DNA of 64,000 nucleotides from Gammaproteobacteria bacterium (GCA_020027215.1 JAHRAO010000003.1:10718-74717), one strand, 5' to 3'. Positions 43,050 through 54,287 are shown, counted from the first letter of the stretch. Notes: generated from the sequence alone by a model not told the origin. Numbers and translations: made by a program.

Positions 43050-43610
43050 ATGCCCAAATATAATTTTTTGTGCGGGCTCGTTGCCTGCGTCTTATCATTG
43101 ACCACAAGCTGCAGCGACAATACAACTATGACTACGACTATTCAAACATCTATGGGGACAATAGAAGTTGAATTATTTACAGAACAAGCCCCTATTACTG
43201 TAAAAAATTTTCAGCGCTATATCGATGAACAATTTTTTGATGGCACGACCTTCCATCGCGTCATCCCGGGTTTTGTCATTCAAGGCGGGGGGTTGCTTCC
43301 CAACATGCAACAAAAACAAATTCCTTTCCCTTCTATCAAAAATGAATCTTACAATGGACTGAAAAACACCGCCGGCACTCTATCTATGGCACGCACACCC
43401 GCACCAGATAGTGCAACATCTCAATTCTTCATTAACTTAAAAGAGAATTCATTTTTAGATAAAACCCCAACTAATCCCGGATATGCTGTATTTGGTAAGG
43501 TAATCGCAGGAATGGATGTGGTCCATGAAATTGCTAAAGTGGAAACCACTAACGTCGGTGGTCACCAAAATGTGCCACGAGAGCCCATACTTATTGAATC
43601 GATCCGGTAA
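43050..43610 (+). CDS. ppiA: periplasmic peptidyl-prolyl cis-trans isomerase (cyclophilin type)
   Basis: Signal peptide/lipobox-like N-terminus, FHRVIPGF.IQGGG, and the cyclophilin signature SMAR...DSATSQFFIN. Confidence 0.85.
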   Translation: MPKYNFLCGLVACVLSLTTSCSDNTTMTTTIQTSMGTIEVELFTEQAPITVKNFQRYIDEQFFDGTTFHRVIPGFVIQGGGLLPNMQQKQIPFPSIKNESYNGLKNTAGTLSMARTPAPDSATSQFFINLKENSFLDKTPTNPGYAVFGKVIAGMDVVHEIAKVETTNVGGHQNVPREPILIESIR

Positions 43611-43621
43611 CGTAGCGCATT

Positions 43622-44416
43622 ATGACGCAATTGAGCGTCAATATTAATAAAATTGCTTTATTGCGCAATGCGCGCGGTGGATCAGTGCCCAACCCCGTAC
43701 ACTATGTTGATATCATCGCACGCGCAGGGGGGCATGGGGTCACCATTCACCCGCGCTCGGATCAGCGACATATTCACGCAGATGACGTGCATCTCCTTCA
43801 CCAACATATCACCACACATAACCGACAACATCCTTTATTGGAACTCAATATTGAAGGTAATCCTTTTGCTCAATCGTGTGCCAGTACAAAAAACGGAGTC
43901 AGTGATTATCCAGGATTCTTGTCTTTAATTCGCGCTGCTCCACCACACCAATGCACATTAGTACCCGATACACCTCACCAATTAACTTCCGATCACGGTT
44001 TTGATCTCACCCAAGATTGCGCAGCACTCGTGGAGGTTATTGCCGAAATACACCGCATAGGTTCGCGCGTCAGTTTATTTTTAGACGCCGACATCAAACA
44101 AGTGGAGCGGGCGGCGGAAATAGGTGCCGAGCGCATTGAACTGTATACCGGCCCCTACGCGACAATTGCAGCGCACAATCAACCGGTCGATGCTATGCTC
44201 CAGCACTACCAGCACATTGCTCGCCGAGCACAAGAGTGCAATTTAGGGCTCAATGCGGGACACGATTTGAACTGCAGCAATCTTTCACCCATTATACAAT
44301 TACCCGGATTATTAGAAGTATCTATCGGACAAGCATTGATCACCGATGCTTTGGAATACGGACTATTTGAAGCAATAAAAAAATATTTAGCCATTATAGA
44401 AAACGCACCCCGATGA
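43622..44416 (+). CDS. pdxJ: pyridoxine 5'-phosphate synthase
   Basis: L.VNI.KIALLRNARG, HPRSDQRHI, and E...E.YTG motifs. Confidence 0.9.
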   Translation: MTQLSVNINKIALLRNARGGSVPNPVHYVDIIARAGGHGVTIHPRSDQRHIHADDVHLLHQHITTHNRQHPLLELNIEGNPFAQSCASTKNGVSDYPGFLSLIRAAPPHQCTLVPDTPHQLTSDHGFDLTQDCAALVEVIAEIHRIGSRVSLFLDADIKQVERAAEIGAERIELYTGPYATIAAHNQPVDAMLQHYQHIARRAQECNLGLNAGHDLNCSNLSPIIQLPGLLEVSIGQALITDALEYGLFEAIKKYLAIIENAPR

Positions 44417-44901
44417 GTCATGATGAAATAAAACCTTATCAATTGCCAGAAGATACGGCGGCGGATTTACATCTTGCCATAGTCTGTACACGCTGGCACG
44501 ACGATATTATCCAGCACATGCGTGATGCGTGCATCTCGCACTTACTCCACAACGGTATAAAAAGCGATCATATTATGGAATCGACCGTTCCAGGAGCATT
44601 TGAATTACCATTAGCCGTGCAAACCATTGCACAAAGTGGCAATTATCACGCCGTGATCGCTTTTGCCGCGATCATAAAAGGCGAAACTGCGCATTATAAC
44701 TATATCGCTCAGGCCTGCCACTGGGGGCTCACCCAGGCCACACTCAACACCAAGTGCCCTATCCTTTCCGGCATACTCGTCACCAACAATTTAGCACAAG
44801 CACGAGAGCGTGCCGATGTCAATCGACTGAATAAAGGTGCTCAAGTTGCAAATAGTGCGTTAGAAATGATAAATTTCATATGCCAGCATCACACAGATTA
44901 A
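44413..44901 (+). CDS. ribH: 6,7-dimethyl-8-ribityllumazine synthase
   Basis: VPGAFELPLA, AVIA...IKGET.HY.YIA, and ILT core motifs. Confidence 0.8.
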   Translation: MSHDEIKPYQLPEDTAADLHLAIVCTRWHDDIIQHMRDACISHLLHNGIKSDHIMESTVPGAFELPLAVQTIAQSGNYHAVIAFAAIIKGETAHYNYIAQACHWGLTQATLNTKCPILSGILVTNNLAQARERADVNRLNKGAQVANSALEMINFICQHHTD

Positions 44902-44971
44902 CACCCCGTTTTCCTCTGTCGCCACGTGCACTGAAGTTCTCGAGCGTCAAGATCTGTATATACTAAAAGAC

Positions 44972-45457
44972 ATGTCTCACCACGCATCCATTTTATTTGT
45001 TTGTTTGGGGAATATTTGTCGTTCACCGATCGCACAAGGCATCTGTGAAGCAGAACTCCGCAAGCGACAACTCATCCATCGTATGCAGGTCGATTCGTGT
45101 GGCACTTCACATTATCACATCGGTCACGCTCCCGATCCACGAGCGATTCAGGCAATGAAAGCACACGGATACGATATTTCCCCACAACGTGCGCGACAGT
45201 TACAATTATCCGACTACGCTCAATACACATATATTGTGGCGATGGATCGTACTCATTTGCACACAATTGAGCAGCACAAACCAGTGCATTTTAAGGGCCA
45301 CATTCACCTCTTGCGCAATTTTGATCCCAGCGATAATGGACTTGATGTGCCTGATCCTTACTACAATAATAATTTTGAGCACGTGTTTGCCATTATTGAA
45401 CGCGGTGTCCATGGGCTTTTAGCGCATATGTGCAGTCATCTGTCCGGCAATGGATAA
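44972..45457 (+). CDS. low-molecular-weight protein-tyrosine phosphatase
   Basis: [10 protein letters not shown]-loop (CX5R) and a C-terminal DPYY motif. Confidence 0.85.
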   Translation: MSHHASILFVCLGNICRSPIAQGICEAELRKRQLIHRMQVDSCGTSHYHIGHAPDPRAIQAMKAHGYDISPQRARQLQLSDYAQYTYIVAMDRTHLHTIEQHKPVHFKGHIHLLRNFDPSDNGLDVPDPYYNNNFEHVFAIIERGVHGLLAHMCSHLSGNG

Positions 45458-48032
45458 TTCCAATACGCATACTCCCATGATCCGCCAATATTTGGCGATA
45501 AAAAAAGAGTATCCCGATACCCTATTATTTTACCGTATGGGCGATTTTTATGAAATGTTTTTTGACGATGCACAAAAGGCTGCACCACTTTTAGACATTA
45601 CCTTAACCCAACGCGGACAATCGGGAGGACAACCCATTCCGATGGCCGGAGTTCCCTACCACGCGGCGGAACGTTATCTTGCCAAATTAGTCAAATTAGG
45701 TTTATCGGTCGCAATATGCGAACAAGTTAATGATGACACCACACAAAAAGGACCGATGAAACGCGAAATTGTGCGCATTATCACTCCCGGCACAATCAGC
45801 GATGAAAATTTATTAGATGAACGGCAGGATAATCTCATCGCGGCGATCACCTACACTGACCAACGATACGGCATTGCTGTGTTAGATATCACTAGCGGAC
45901 GATTTGAAATTGACGAAATGAATGAGAGAACAATGGCGATCTCTCGTTTACAACAGATCAACCCCGCTGAAGTGTTGATCCATCACGATCTTTCTTTACC
46001 CGAAGTTAACCATCATCCAGGGTTGCGCCGCCTCTCGGCATTCGAATTTGATCTCAAGCAAGCGCAGCAAGTGCTCAATGACCAATTTTCCGACAGCAGG
46101 GTTTTAAGAGAGCATGATTATCCTGCTGCGATCTGTGCGGCAGGATGCTTATTACGCTATGCCCGCGAAATGCAACGCTCGCCTCTCATACATGTTCACC
46201 GCATACAACTGATGCAACTGTGCAAAGAAATGATCATTGATGAAAACACTTATCGCAGCATGGAAATTATCGCCAATACAAACGGCACGACTCAATATAG
46301 CTTACTCAATATCATTGATCGGTGTGCAACCGGCATGGCATCTCGATTATTACGCCGTTGGTTGCGTTATCCATCATGCGACCGCACTGTAATCAGCAAT
46401 CGTCATCAAGCCATTGATACACTACAAGCGGCAGGATGTGTGAATGCGTTACGACAAATACTGCAAAAAGTAAGTGACTTGCAACGTATTTTGGCACGGA
46501 TCGGCCTACAATCTGCCACACCGCGAGATCTCGCACACTTAGGCACTTCCTTGACAATCATTCCAGAGATTCATCATACTTTACCACCCGATAAACAAGA
46601 TTATTTATCCCAGATCCACAAGCGTATTGTGGCTTTTCCAGAAATTGCCGAGTTATTGGCACGCGCTATCGTCCCTAATCCCCCAGTGCATATCCGAGAC
46701 GGCGGCGTCATTCAAAATGGGTACGATAAAACTTTAGATCAACTGCGTTGTGCGAGAGAGGGCATGGCACAACGCATCTTAGAAATAGAAGCCATGGAGC
46801 GAGAACGCACATCTAACGCCAAACTCAAAGTCAATTACAACCGAGTGCATGGATATTATATTGAAGTGAGTCGGCATCAAGGCGGCGACATCCCCGCACA
46901 CTACATCCGCAAGCAAACTCTCAAAAACACCGAACGCTATACGACTGACGAACTCAAAGTGTGTGAAGAAAATGCCTTGAGCAATAAAAGCCGTGCGCTC
47001 ACTTTAGAAAAGCAGATCTACCATCAATTAATACAGCATATTGGCGAATCTTTGATTCCATTATTAGATACGGCAGCGGCAATTGCCGAATTAGATGTAC
47101 TGAACAACCTTGCCGAGCGCGCCACCACTTTACGTTTAACGCAACCATTCTTTCACGATAAATCCGAAATGCACATTGAAGGCGGTCGGCATTTGAGCGT
47201 TGAGCATTCTATGGATACGCCTTTTATTACCAATGATCTGTATCTCCATCCCGAGCAAAAGATGCTCATTATTACTGGACCCAATATGGGAGGTAAATCC
47301 ACCTATATGCGACAAACCGCACTCATCTCATTACTCGCACAAACCGGTTGCTATGTTCCAGCACAGCGGGCACTCCTCCCGATTATCGATCATTTATTCA
47401 CGCGCATTGGGTCTACCGATAATTTAGCAGGTGGTCAATCCACTTTTATGGTAGAGATGAATGAAGTCGCTCATATTCTCCATAATGCCACGCCCCACAG
47501 TTTGATATTGATTGACGAAGTCGGTCGGGGAACAAGCACTTTTGATGGTCTCGCTTTAGCCTGGGCATGCGTGCATTATTTATCAGAAAAAATCAATGCG
47601 TTTACTTTATTTGCAACCCATTACTTTGAATTGACATCCCTCTCTCACCATTTACCCAATATCGCCAATGTGCATTTAGCCGTTACCGAACAAAAAGATG
47701 AAATCATATTTATGTATGCCGTGCAATCAGGTCCAGCAACGCGCAGTTACGGGATTCAAGTCGCAGGTTTAGCGGGTATGCCCCCAGAAATACTTGGACT
47801 TGCGCGGGATAAATTGACCGCTTTAGAAAATCAATCCATCGCGAATAGCGGCGACCAACAAATGGACATGTTTGTCTCTCCACCCATTGAAACCAATCAA
47901 CCGTGCCCAATGTGCGATGCTGTAGCGCAAATCCAACCAGACAGCCTTTCCCCCAAGGCAGCACATAATCTCTTGTATCAGTTAAAAGATATGGTGTCTG
48001 GCGATTTTGTTACAAAACACAATAAAAATTGA
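45450..48032 (+). CDS. mutS: DNA mismatch repair protein MutS
   Basis: TPMIRQYL..K...[17 protein letters not shown], Walker [10 protein letters not shown], and [11 protein letters not shown]. Confidence 0.95.
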   Translation: MDNSNTHTPMIRQYLAIKKEYPDTLLFYRMGDFYEMFFDDAQKAAPLLDITLTQRGQSGGQPIPMAGVPYHAAERYLAKLVKLGLSVAICEQVNDDTTQKGPMKREIVRIITPGTISDENLLDERQDNLIAAITYTDQRYGIAVLDITSGRFEIDEMNERTMAISRLQQINPAEVLIHHDLSLPEVNHHPGLRRLSAFEFDLKQAQQVLNDQFSDSRVLREHDYPAAICAAGCLLRYAREMQRSPLIHVHRIQLMQLCKEMIIDENTYRSMEIIANTNGTTQYSLLNIIDRCATGMASRLLRRWLRYPSCDRTVISNRHQAIDTLQAAGCVNALRQILQKVSDLQRILARIGLQSATPRDLAHLGTSLTIIPEIHHTLPPDKQDYLSQIHKRIVAFPEIAELLARAIVPNPPVHIRDGGVIQNGYDKTLDQLRCAREGMAQRILEIEAMERERTSNAKLKVNYNRVHGYYIEVSRHQGGDIPAHYIRKQTLKNTERYTTDELKVCEENALSNKSRALTLEKQIYHQLIQHIGESLIPLLDTAAAIAELDVLNNLAERATTLRLTQPFFHDKSEMHIEGGRHLSVEHSMDTPFITNDLYLHPEQKMLIITGPNMGGKSTYMRQTALISLLAQTGCYVPAQRALLPIIDHLFTRIGSTDNLAGGQSTFMVEMNEVAHILHNATPHSLILIDEVGRGTSTFDGLALAWACVHYLSEKINAFTLFATHYFELTSLSHHLPNIANVHLAVTEQKDEIIFMYAVQSGPATRSYGIQVAGLAGMPPEILGLARDKLTALENQSIANSGDQQMDMFVSPPIETNQPCPMCDAVAQIQPDSLSPKAAHNLLYQLKDMVSGDFVTKHNKN

Positions 48033-48082
48033 AATTTTTATAGATTATAATTGCGGTATATAATCCGATGATCATCTAACTT

Positions 48083-48406
48083 ATGACTTTTGTAGTGACC
48101 GATAGCTGTATTCAGTGCAAACTCACCGACTGTGTTGAGGTGTGCCCTGTAGATTGCTTTTATGAAGGGCCCAATTTTCTGGTCATTCATCCCGACGAGT
48201 GTATTGATTGTGCGCTGTGCGAGCCAGAATGCCCCGTAGATGCCATTTATTCGGAAGACGATGTTCCCGCAGAGCAACAACAATTTATTGAGATCAATGC
48301 GACTCTTGCCGAGCAGTGGCCGAATATTACCGAAAAAAAAGATCCGCTCCCCGATTACAAAAAATGGGAAAAAGTGCAGAATAAACTTCAGTATTTAGAG
48401 AAGTGA
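48083..48406 (+). CDS. fdxA: 7Fe ferredoxin (FdxA-type, one 3Fe-4S cluster and one 4Fe-4S cluster)
   Basis: [50 protein letters not shown] is colinear with the FdxA family. Confidence 0.9.
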   Translation: MTFVVTDSCIQCKLTDCVEVCPVDCFYEGPNFLVIHPDECIDCALCEPECPVDAIYSEDDVPAEQQQFIEINATLAEQWPNITEKKDPLPDYKKWEKVQNKLQYLEK

Positions 48407-49479
48407 GGGCGCGTGTACAGGGCTGGACGTTGAGCAAGTAGTCCAAATATCCCTCCCGTCGATATAAAAATAATATCGCTACTTTCGGCAAAATATCCTT
48501 TTTTGATTTCGCACAACACGGCATCAAATGCCTTGCCGGTGTATACTGGGTCCAATACAATTCCTTCACTGCGCGCCACACGAATAATCGTATCCCATAC
48601 ATGCTCAGACGCTAGAGCATACCCTGCTCCTACATAACCATCCAATATTTCAATCGGCAGGTCGTTCACTTTTATATGTGCTTGATAATGCTGTTGCCAA
48701 GCGCAGAGATCTCCACGAATTTTCTGTTCAAACCACCGAGCATCATCGCACACATTCACCCCCAAGACACGGGCATTGATTCCGTAATACTGGCACCCTA
48801 AAATCAATCCTCCCTGCGTACCTCCAGAGCCGGTCGCACAAATGATATGGCTCGGGGCTATACCGGCAACGGCACAATCTTCTGCCAATTCGGCGCACGC
48901 AGCGATATAGCCCCATAATCCACAGCGGTCACTACCCCCTATAGGGATAACCCATGGATTATGTCCCAATTGGCGATAATATTCACGCTGTTCAGCCATT
49001 AAGTCGTGTAAACGGTCGTAGTCGGTATTTTCATCACAGAAAGTGACTTGTGCTCCGGCAAGATAGTCCAACAATAAATTACCTTCTGGACACTGCGTGG
49101 GTTTCCCACGTAGCAATAAATGGGCGTGCAAACCGCACTGCTTAGCAGCTAAAGCTGTTGCACGACAATGATTAGATTGAATGCCACCGCCAGTAATCAC
49201 GGTATCACATCCATTCGCCAAAGCCGCGGCGAGCAGAAACTCCAGTTTGCGCACTTTATTGCCGCTCAATGTGCTCCCACTGAGGTCATCGCGCTTCACC
49301 CAAATACGGGGGCCACCGATGGAACGGGATAAGCGGTCTAAAGAATGCAACGGGGTGGGAAGCTGAGCGAGCGTTACGCGCGGCGGAAGCGACGGGAAGA
49401 GGTTACTTTTATTGGCGATGGTTTTTTTTATCGGTCTGTCTTTATTTTTTTCAAACAATCCATTCAATGACACCTCCAT
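48388..49479 (-). CDS. PLP-dependent D-cysteine desulfhydrase / ACC deaminase family enzyme
   Basis: PTPL..L.RLS...G..I..KRDD.....GNK.RKLEFL.A.AL..G.DT.IT.G.IQSNH. and the C-terminal [10 protein letters not shown]. There is an N-terminal extension of about 30 aa. Confidence 0.7.
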   Translation of the reverse strand: MEVSLNGLFEKNKDRPIKKTIANKSNLFPSLPPRVTLAQLPTPLHSLDRLSRSIGGPRIWVKRDDLSGSTLSGNKVRKLEFLLAAALANGCDTVITGGGIQSNHCRATALAAKQCGLHAHLLLRGKPTQCPEGNLLLDYLAGAQVTFCDENTDYDRLHDLMAEQREYYRQLGHNPWVIPIGGSDRCGLWGYIAACAELAEDCAVAGIAPSHIICATGSGGTQGGLILGCQYYGINARVLGVNVCDDARWFEQKIRGDLCAWQQHYQAHIKVNDLPIEILDGYVGAGYALASEHVWDTIIRVARSEGIVLDPVYTGKAFDAVLCEIKKGYFAESSDIIFISTGGIFGLLAQRPALYTRPHFSKY

Positions 49480-49599
49480 ATTACCTTATGTTGAGAGTGC
49501 GTATACCGTCTTAAATCCGATAAAATTGAGCCACCACCGCTATTGTTCCACTCGCTACAATGGGGTCGCATAGCGTATCTCTTTCATCAGAGAATATAC

Positions 49600-50010
49600 T
49601 TAATTGCCGGTGGCCTTTGCGTTTGAAACACCGATTGATTTGAGCGTTCCTTTGGGAAGAATGGCATGCACCGCTGTTTTTTGCATTTTGAAGGTCGTAT
49701 TGGAAGCAACTTGTATATCAATATACCCTTCATCAATATCACTCACTTTACCGAGAATACCGCTCGCGGTGATAATTTCATCCCCTTGGGTGAGGGCATC
49801 AACCATTTGTTGATGCTCTTTTTGTCTTTTGCGTTGCGGGCGTATCAATAAAAAGTAAAACAAGGCAAAAATGCCAATAATAAAGACAAATTGATAAATG
49901 CCGCCAACCGAAGAAGTCGCCTGAGCATAAGCAGGTGCAGCACTCACCAGTGCCGCACAAATGGCGATGGACTTATAAATCCCAGCTACCCACTCTTTCT
50001 TCTTCATCAT
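49600..50010 (-). CDS. yajC: YajC-family preprotein translocase accessory subunit (orphan, not next to secDF)
   Basis: FALFYFLLIRPQRKRQKEHQQMVDALTQGDEIITASGILGKV...AILPKGTLK is colinear with E. coli YajC. The start is uncertain because the 5' end overlaps cydX in another frame. Confidence 0.6.
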   Translation of the reverse strand: MMKKKEWVAGIYKSIAICAALVSAAPAYAQATSSVGGIYQFVFIIGIFALFYFLLIRPQRKRQKEHQQMVDALTQGDEIITASGILGKVSDIDEGYIDIQVASNTTFKMQKTAVHAILPKGTLKSIGVSNAKATGN

Positions 50011-50092
50011 ATTTCAATTCCAACCATATCGCATTCAAAATAGACAAAGCGCAAATGAAGCCGACGCCTAATATCCACGCAAAATACCACAT
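49973..50092 (-). CDS. cydX: cytochrome bd oxidase small subunit CydX (39 aa). It is below the size threshold of the ORF track.
   Basis: The minus-strand ATG at 50092 follows the RBS AGAAGAGG and gives MWYFAWILGVGFICALSILNAIWLELKYDEEERVGSWDL. The N-terminus MWYFAWILG and the single TM helix match E. coli CydX. The gene lies 33 nt downstream of cydB. Confidence 0.7.
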   Translation of the reverse strand: MWYFAWILGVGFICALSILNAIWLELKYDEEERVGSWDL

Positions 50093-50125
50093 ATAGCAAA
50101 TACCTCTTCTTTAACAATTAAACAA

Positions 50126-51244
50126 TTAATACGAACTATCTTCAGCCATCACATACGCTGCATTGACTTTACCGCGCATCATACGAAACACCCAACTGAC
50201 ATAATAAATAATCAGTGGAATAAATATCATCGCAAATAAAAAACTAATGAATAAAGATATATGACTCGCCGAAGCATTCCACGCAGTCAGACTCGATTGC
50301 GGGTAACGATCGGAGGGGAGCAGAAAGGGGAACAAGGTGCAGCCATAGGTCACGATAATCCCGGTAGTGGCAACGGATCCAGCGAGAAAAGCATACCCTG
50401 GCCGTTTGTTATAGAAAACCAGCCCCACTGCGATGGCGATTGATAACAACGTTGTTAATGGCAACAACCATAAAGCGGGGTAAAGGTTATAGTTGTTCAA
50501 CCAGCCACTCATTTCATAGAGGACATGATTATCTGCGGTCAAAATAAAACCAGGCACCAATGATATCCATATACCGCCAATAATGAATAAAAGTGCTAAA
50601 GCGAGACTACTAAAAATAGTGACTGTCCGAATGCGCTCTTGCAACGTCCCTTCCGTTTTAATATTGAGGTATAGCCCTGCTTGCATCCAACACAAGGCTA
50701 ATGCCATAATGCCAACCAATAGGGGGAATGGGCGCAATAAACCAAAAAAACCCCCTTCATAAAATCCGCGCATGGTCTCATCGTAGTAAAACGGCACCCC
50801 TAATAATATATTGCCTAATGTCACTCCAAAGAGTATAGGCCCAGCGGTGCCACCGATATAGAGACAAGCATCCCATACATTGCGCCAGTATTTATTTTGT
50901 ACTTTTGAACGAAATTTGAACCCCACCGGGCGCAAAATCAATGTCACTAACACTAAAAACATTGCGATATAAAAGCCCGAAAACGCCATACCATAGACAC
51001 GTGGATATATGCCAAACGCTAAACCACCAAATACAACAAGCCATACTTGGTTACTTTCCCATACAGGACCCACTGTATTCAGCAAGATGCGCTTTTCAAC
51101 ATCGTTTTTCGGCACCCACGGGAGCATAGATGCCGTTCCTAAATCAAAACCATCCATCAAGGTAAAAGCAGCGAGCACTAAACCAAACACTAACCACCAA
51201 ACGATTTGTAAAGTGGAATAATCTAAAAACATGATCTTTTCCAT
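50126..51244 (-). CDS. cydB: cytochrome bd ubiquinol oxidase subunit II
   Basis: Eight- or nine-TM CydB pattern with the QVWWLVFG motif. Immediately downstream of cydA. Confidence 0.9.
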   Translation of the reverse strand: MEKIMFLDYSTLQIVWWLVFGLVLAAFTLMDGFDLGTASMLPWVPKNDVEKRILLNTVGPVWESNQVWLVVFGGLAFGIYPRVYGMAFSGFYIAMFLVLVTLILRPVGFKFRSKVQNKYWRNVWDACLYIGGTAGPILFGVTLGNILLGVPFYYDETMRGFYEGGFFGLLRPFPLLVGIMALALCWMQAGLYLNIKTEGTLQERIRTVTIFSSLALALLFIIGGIWISLVPGFILTADNHVLYEMSGWLNNYNLYPALWLLPLTTLLSIAIAVGLVFYNKRPGYAFLAGSVATTGIIVTYGCTLFPFLLPSDRYPQSSLTAWNASASHISLFISFLFAMIFIPLIIYYVSWVFRMMRGKVNAAYVMAEDSSY

Positions 51245-51247
51245 GCG

Positions 51248-52768
51248 CTAATCTCCCAATGGGCCTCGTTTGATGTACTTACACAATAAATAGACGTCGA
51301 CGATCGCCAACGCCGTATAGAAGATAATGAACCCCGATAAACTTGCCCACACTTGCCCCGCCGATACACTCGATACACCAGCCGCAGTGGGTAACAATCC
51401 TTCAATTGCCCACGGTTGTCTACCATACTCAGCAACAATCCATCCCAATTCAGCGGCAATCCACGGCAAGGGTAGAGAATAAAATGTCAAGCGCATAAAC
51501 CATGGATGTTTATCCAAAGTGCGCACCGCAGCGAAATAAAATGCAATAGCAAAAATCACCACCAAATAAAACCCAGTGAATACCATACCGCGAAATGACC
51601 AAAATAATACGGGGACATTGGGAATAGTGCTTGCCGCTGCGGCGTTAATTTCTTCATCGGTCGCATTGATCACATCGTCGGTAAATTGTTTTAATAGCAT
51701 CCCGTAACCTAAATAGGATTCGTTCTCCTTAAATTCAGCTAATGCTGCTAAATTAGTCTGATCCTTGCGATAGCGTTGTAAGGCATCATAGGTATGCATA
51801 CCAATACGGATACTATCGCGCGCTTTATGTTCTAAGTCAATCATGCCCGGGACTGGTGTGTCCAAAGAGCGCGTGGCAATCAAACCCAATGCCCATGGGA
51901 TATGGAGTCCATAGTGTGTTTTTCTCTCTTCCATATCTGGCCAGCCGATAACAGTAAAGCTCGACGGCGGGGGTTCTGTTTCCCATAACCCTTCCACTGC
52001 CGCTAACTTCATTTGTTGATGATCAGTGGTGGTGTAACCACTCTCGTCACCTAAGACCACTACACACAGTGCCGATGCCAAACCAAAGCTCGCCGCCACT
52101 GTCATTGAGCGCTTCGCAAAATCAACATGTTTGCGACGCATTAAATACCACGCACTAATGGAGAGCACAAACATTGCGCCAGTCGTATAGCTTGCGCTAA
52201 TAGTATGAACAAATTTCACCTGCGCCACTGGATTAAAAAATATATCGTATAACGACAGCATTTCCATGCGCATCGTTTCAGTATTAAAATGCGAGCCCAC
52301 TGGGTTTTGCATCCAAGCATTTGCCACCAAAATCCACAAAGCTGATCCACTCGTGCCAATCGCGACCATCCAAGTCGCCATTAAATGTTGTACACGGGAT
52401 AAACGATCCCAGCCAAAGAAAAACAAGCCGACAAAAGTCGCCTCCAAGAAAAATGCCATCATTCCCTCAATAGCGAGTAATGGACCAAATACATCCCCGA
52501 CATAGTGGGAATAGTACGCCCAGTTGGTGCCAAATTGGAATTCCATTGTGATTCCTGTCGCCACTCCCATAGCAAAGTTAATGCCGAAAAGTATTCCCCA
52601 AAATTTTGTGATTCGTTTCCATATGTCACGCCCGGTCATGACATAAATGCTTTCCATGATCGCAAGCAATAGCGCCATACCAATGGTGAGGGGGACAAAA
52701 AGAAAATGATATAAAGCCGTAATAGCAAACTGTAAGCGGGAAAGAATTATCGGATCATCCATCGTCAA
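51248..52768 (-). CDS. cydA: cytochrome bd ubiquinol oxidase subunit I
   Basis: [19 protein letters not shown], the Q-loop, and a GWPD..ER-like periplasmic region. 506 aa. Confidence 0.95.
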   Translation of the reverse strand: MTMDDPIILSRLQFAITALYHFLFVPLTIGMALLLAIMESIYVMTGRDIWKRITKFWGILFGINFAMGVATGITMEFQFGTNWAYYSHYVGDVFGPLLAIEGMMAFFLEATFVGLFFFGWDRLSRVQHLMATWMVAIGTSGSALWILVANAWMQNPVGSHFNTETMRMEMLSLYDIFFNPVAQVKFVHTISASYTTGAMFVLSISAWYLMRRKHVDFAKRSMTVAASFGLASALCVVVLGDESGYTTTDHQQMKLAAVEGLWETEPPPSSFTVIGWPDMEERKTHYGLHIPWALGLIATRSLDTPVPGMIDLEHKARDSIRIGMHTYDALQRYRKDQTNLAALAEFKENESYLGYGMLLKQFTDDVINATDEEINAAAASTIPNVPVLFWSFRGMVFTGFYLVVIFAIAFYFAAVRTLDKHPWFMRLTFYSLPLPWIAAELGWIVAEYGRQPWAIEGLLPTAAGVSSVSAGQVWASLSGFIIFYTALAIVDVYLLCKYIKRGPLGD

Positions 52769-52908
52769 CTATAACCTTAAATAATAAATATATTGTTTCT
52801 ATCATAACACAAAGGGCCTTATGGATTCAATTTCCTCGGGCATTTTAAGACAATTTCCACAATGAAATCACGGGATTAAACGGATTTTCTGATTATTGTT
52901 GTGCCCTC

Positions 52909-52936
52909 TTGACAAATCATAATAAAGTATTATAAT
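52909..52936 (+). promoter_or_regulatory. near-consensus sigma70 promoter (TTGACA-16 nt-TATAAT) facing the outer-membrane-protein/T4SS genes and divergent from cydA
   Basis: TTGACA at 52909-52914, a 16-nt spacer, TATAAT at 52931-52936, and the first ORF start at 53079. Confidence 0.4.
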
Positions 52937-53078
52937 AATGGATTGGATTGTGCCATGCTCCTGCCCTCCATAGGGTGGCGCGAAACTGAAGGATGCATGC
53001 GGAACAATGGATGTGAAATGGATGTAAACAATGGACAACATAACGGATAATCGTAAAAGGAATAACAAAGGCAGGCGA

Positions 53079-53648
53079 ATGCTCTCCCACGCATTTTTAC
53101 CTGTCATCCTACACATACTCCCCGCGACTTTATACGCCAATTTCGAAATTGGATTAGGGGCTTATCGTGCGAGTAGTCTTGTGGGCTCTTCTGCTATTGT
53201 GTGGGCACCCGCACACTTATCGTATCACTGGCACCATCGGCGAGATGGACGACAACGGATTCATTGGGCTTTTATGCAGGCGCCGATCAGCGGACAAATA
53301 CAGCGGGCGCGATTGAAATATCAGTCCCTCAGTTGGCATTGGGAAAAAAAGTGGCGTCTCTCTTCACAGTTTAAGCCCTGGTGGTCATTGGGTATTGCCT
53401 ATGTGCGCGAATCACTGACCCATCGCTATGCAACAGACCGAGAAGGTTTCCTAGTCCAAGGATTGCCATCCATTCACCAGCAGGGTTTAGCGACCATTAC
53501 TGGCATCAATTTCGCATGGCACTACCGACAACAACATTTACTCTCTCTTGGAACACATTATTATTTCCCGCTTTACAAAGGGGCAGAAATTATAAGCATA
53601 CAGTTTATGTACGGTTACTTATGGGGACGACAAATACCGTCTGAATAA
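53079..53648 (+). CDS. small outer-membrane beta-barrel protein (putative, about 170 aa mature), the first gene of the T4SS-containing transcription unit
   Basis: Signal peptide MLSHAFLPVILHILPATLYA|NF, then about 8 amphipathic alternating stretches (FEIGLGAY, LKYQSLSWHWE, WSLGIAYVRE, ATITGINFAWHY, LSLGTHYYF, ISIQFMYGYLW). The track ORF from 53031 is over-extended. Confidence 0.35.
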   Translation: MLSHAFLPVILHILPATLYANFEIGLGAYRASSLVGSSAIVWAPAHLSYHWHHRRDGRQRIHWAFMQAPISGQIQRARLKYQSLSWHWEKKWRLSSQFKPWWSLGIAYVRESLTHRYATDREGFLVQGLPSIHQQGLATITGINFAWHYRQQHLLSLGTHYYFPLYKGAEIISIQFMYGYLWGRQIPSE

Positions 53649-53694
53649 CAACAAAATGTCTATTCGCAATGATGCGTCATAAAGGAGGATATCC

Positions 53695-54009
53695 ATGTCT
53701 ATAGTGCGTTTATTTGTGGTGAGTTTTTTACTCACCGTTCATTTGGCAGCATTCGCCAATAACTCTGCAGTGCAGCTCCCTTCATGGGGACAGCAAAGTG
53801 ACATTCAATCGACCTTATCCAGTAAAGGTGAGCAAATCGCCAATATTATCAGTTCAGTCGTCGCTATCTTATCCATATTAGGGATGTTAATCGGAGCGGC
53901 AATGTTTTCAGTCAGTCGCACCGATGATGGAAAAAAATGGATATTGGGGAGTGTATGCGGGTTGATTGTTGCGGGATCGGTCTACGGCATAGTGGGGCTC
54001 TTTATCTAA
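53695..54009 (+). CDS. virB2: T4SS pilin subunit VirB2/TrbC-like
   Basis: 104 aa, a long signal peptide (LLTVHLAAFA|NN), then two hydrophobic helices separated by a short loop (IISSVVAILSILGMLIGAAMF...WILGSVCGLIVAGSVYGIVGLFI). Strong RBS AAGGAGGA. It is the first gene of a B2-B3-B4 string. Confidence 0.5.
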   Translation: MSIVRLFVVSFLLTVHLAAFANNSAVQLPSWGQQSDIQSTLSSKGEQIANIISSVVAILSILGMLIGAAMFSVSRTDDGKKWILGSVCGLIVAGSVYGIVGLFI

Positions 54010-54287
54010 TGGCTGCCTTCAACGGACGATTTGTCATCAAGCGCTGGTTCGGTGTGCCGGCGCATGCCCTCGGGAGCGGGGTCATTGCTCTCCCTATCGC
54101 CATTATCGCCCTGCTCACCCAGATATGGTTATTGAAAGCATTTTGTATATTGATTGCGCTGATATGTATCGCCATCGGCATCGTCATTTTTATCATGGGT
54201 GCAGAGTGGCAATTTATTTCCATCATATTGGCATCTCGGCGAGAAAGAACCCAAATCACCGCGGATGGTATGGAGTGGGGATCATGA
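54009..54287 (+). CDS. virB3: T4SS VirB3/TrbD-like inner-membrane protein
   Basis: 92 aa with one or two TM helices. The start overlaps the virB2 stop (TAATG) and the stop overlaps the virB4 start (ATGA). Position is between the pilin and the VirB4 ATPase. Confidence 0.45.
   Translation: MAAFNGRFVIKRWFGVPAHALGSGVIALPIAIIALLTQIWLLKAFCILIALICIAIGIVIFIMGAEWQFISIILASRRERTQITADGMEWGS

Noticed and set aside
53031-53078. The first 16 codons of the outer-membrane-protein ORF (MDNITDNRKRNNKGRR)
   Set aside because: They are highly basic and precede a perfect signal peptide starting at the Met at 53079. The likely true start is 53079.
52868-53140. 90-aa minus-strand ORF in the cydA/T4SS intergenic region
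   Set aside because: It overlaps the consensus promoter and the signal-peptide region of the plus-strand outer-membrane-protein gene. No RBS was found, and it has a low-complexity hydrophobic translation.
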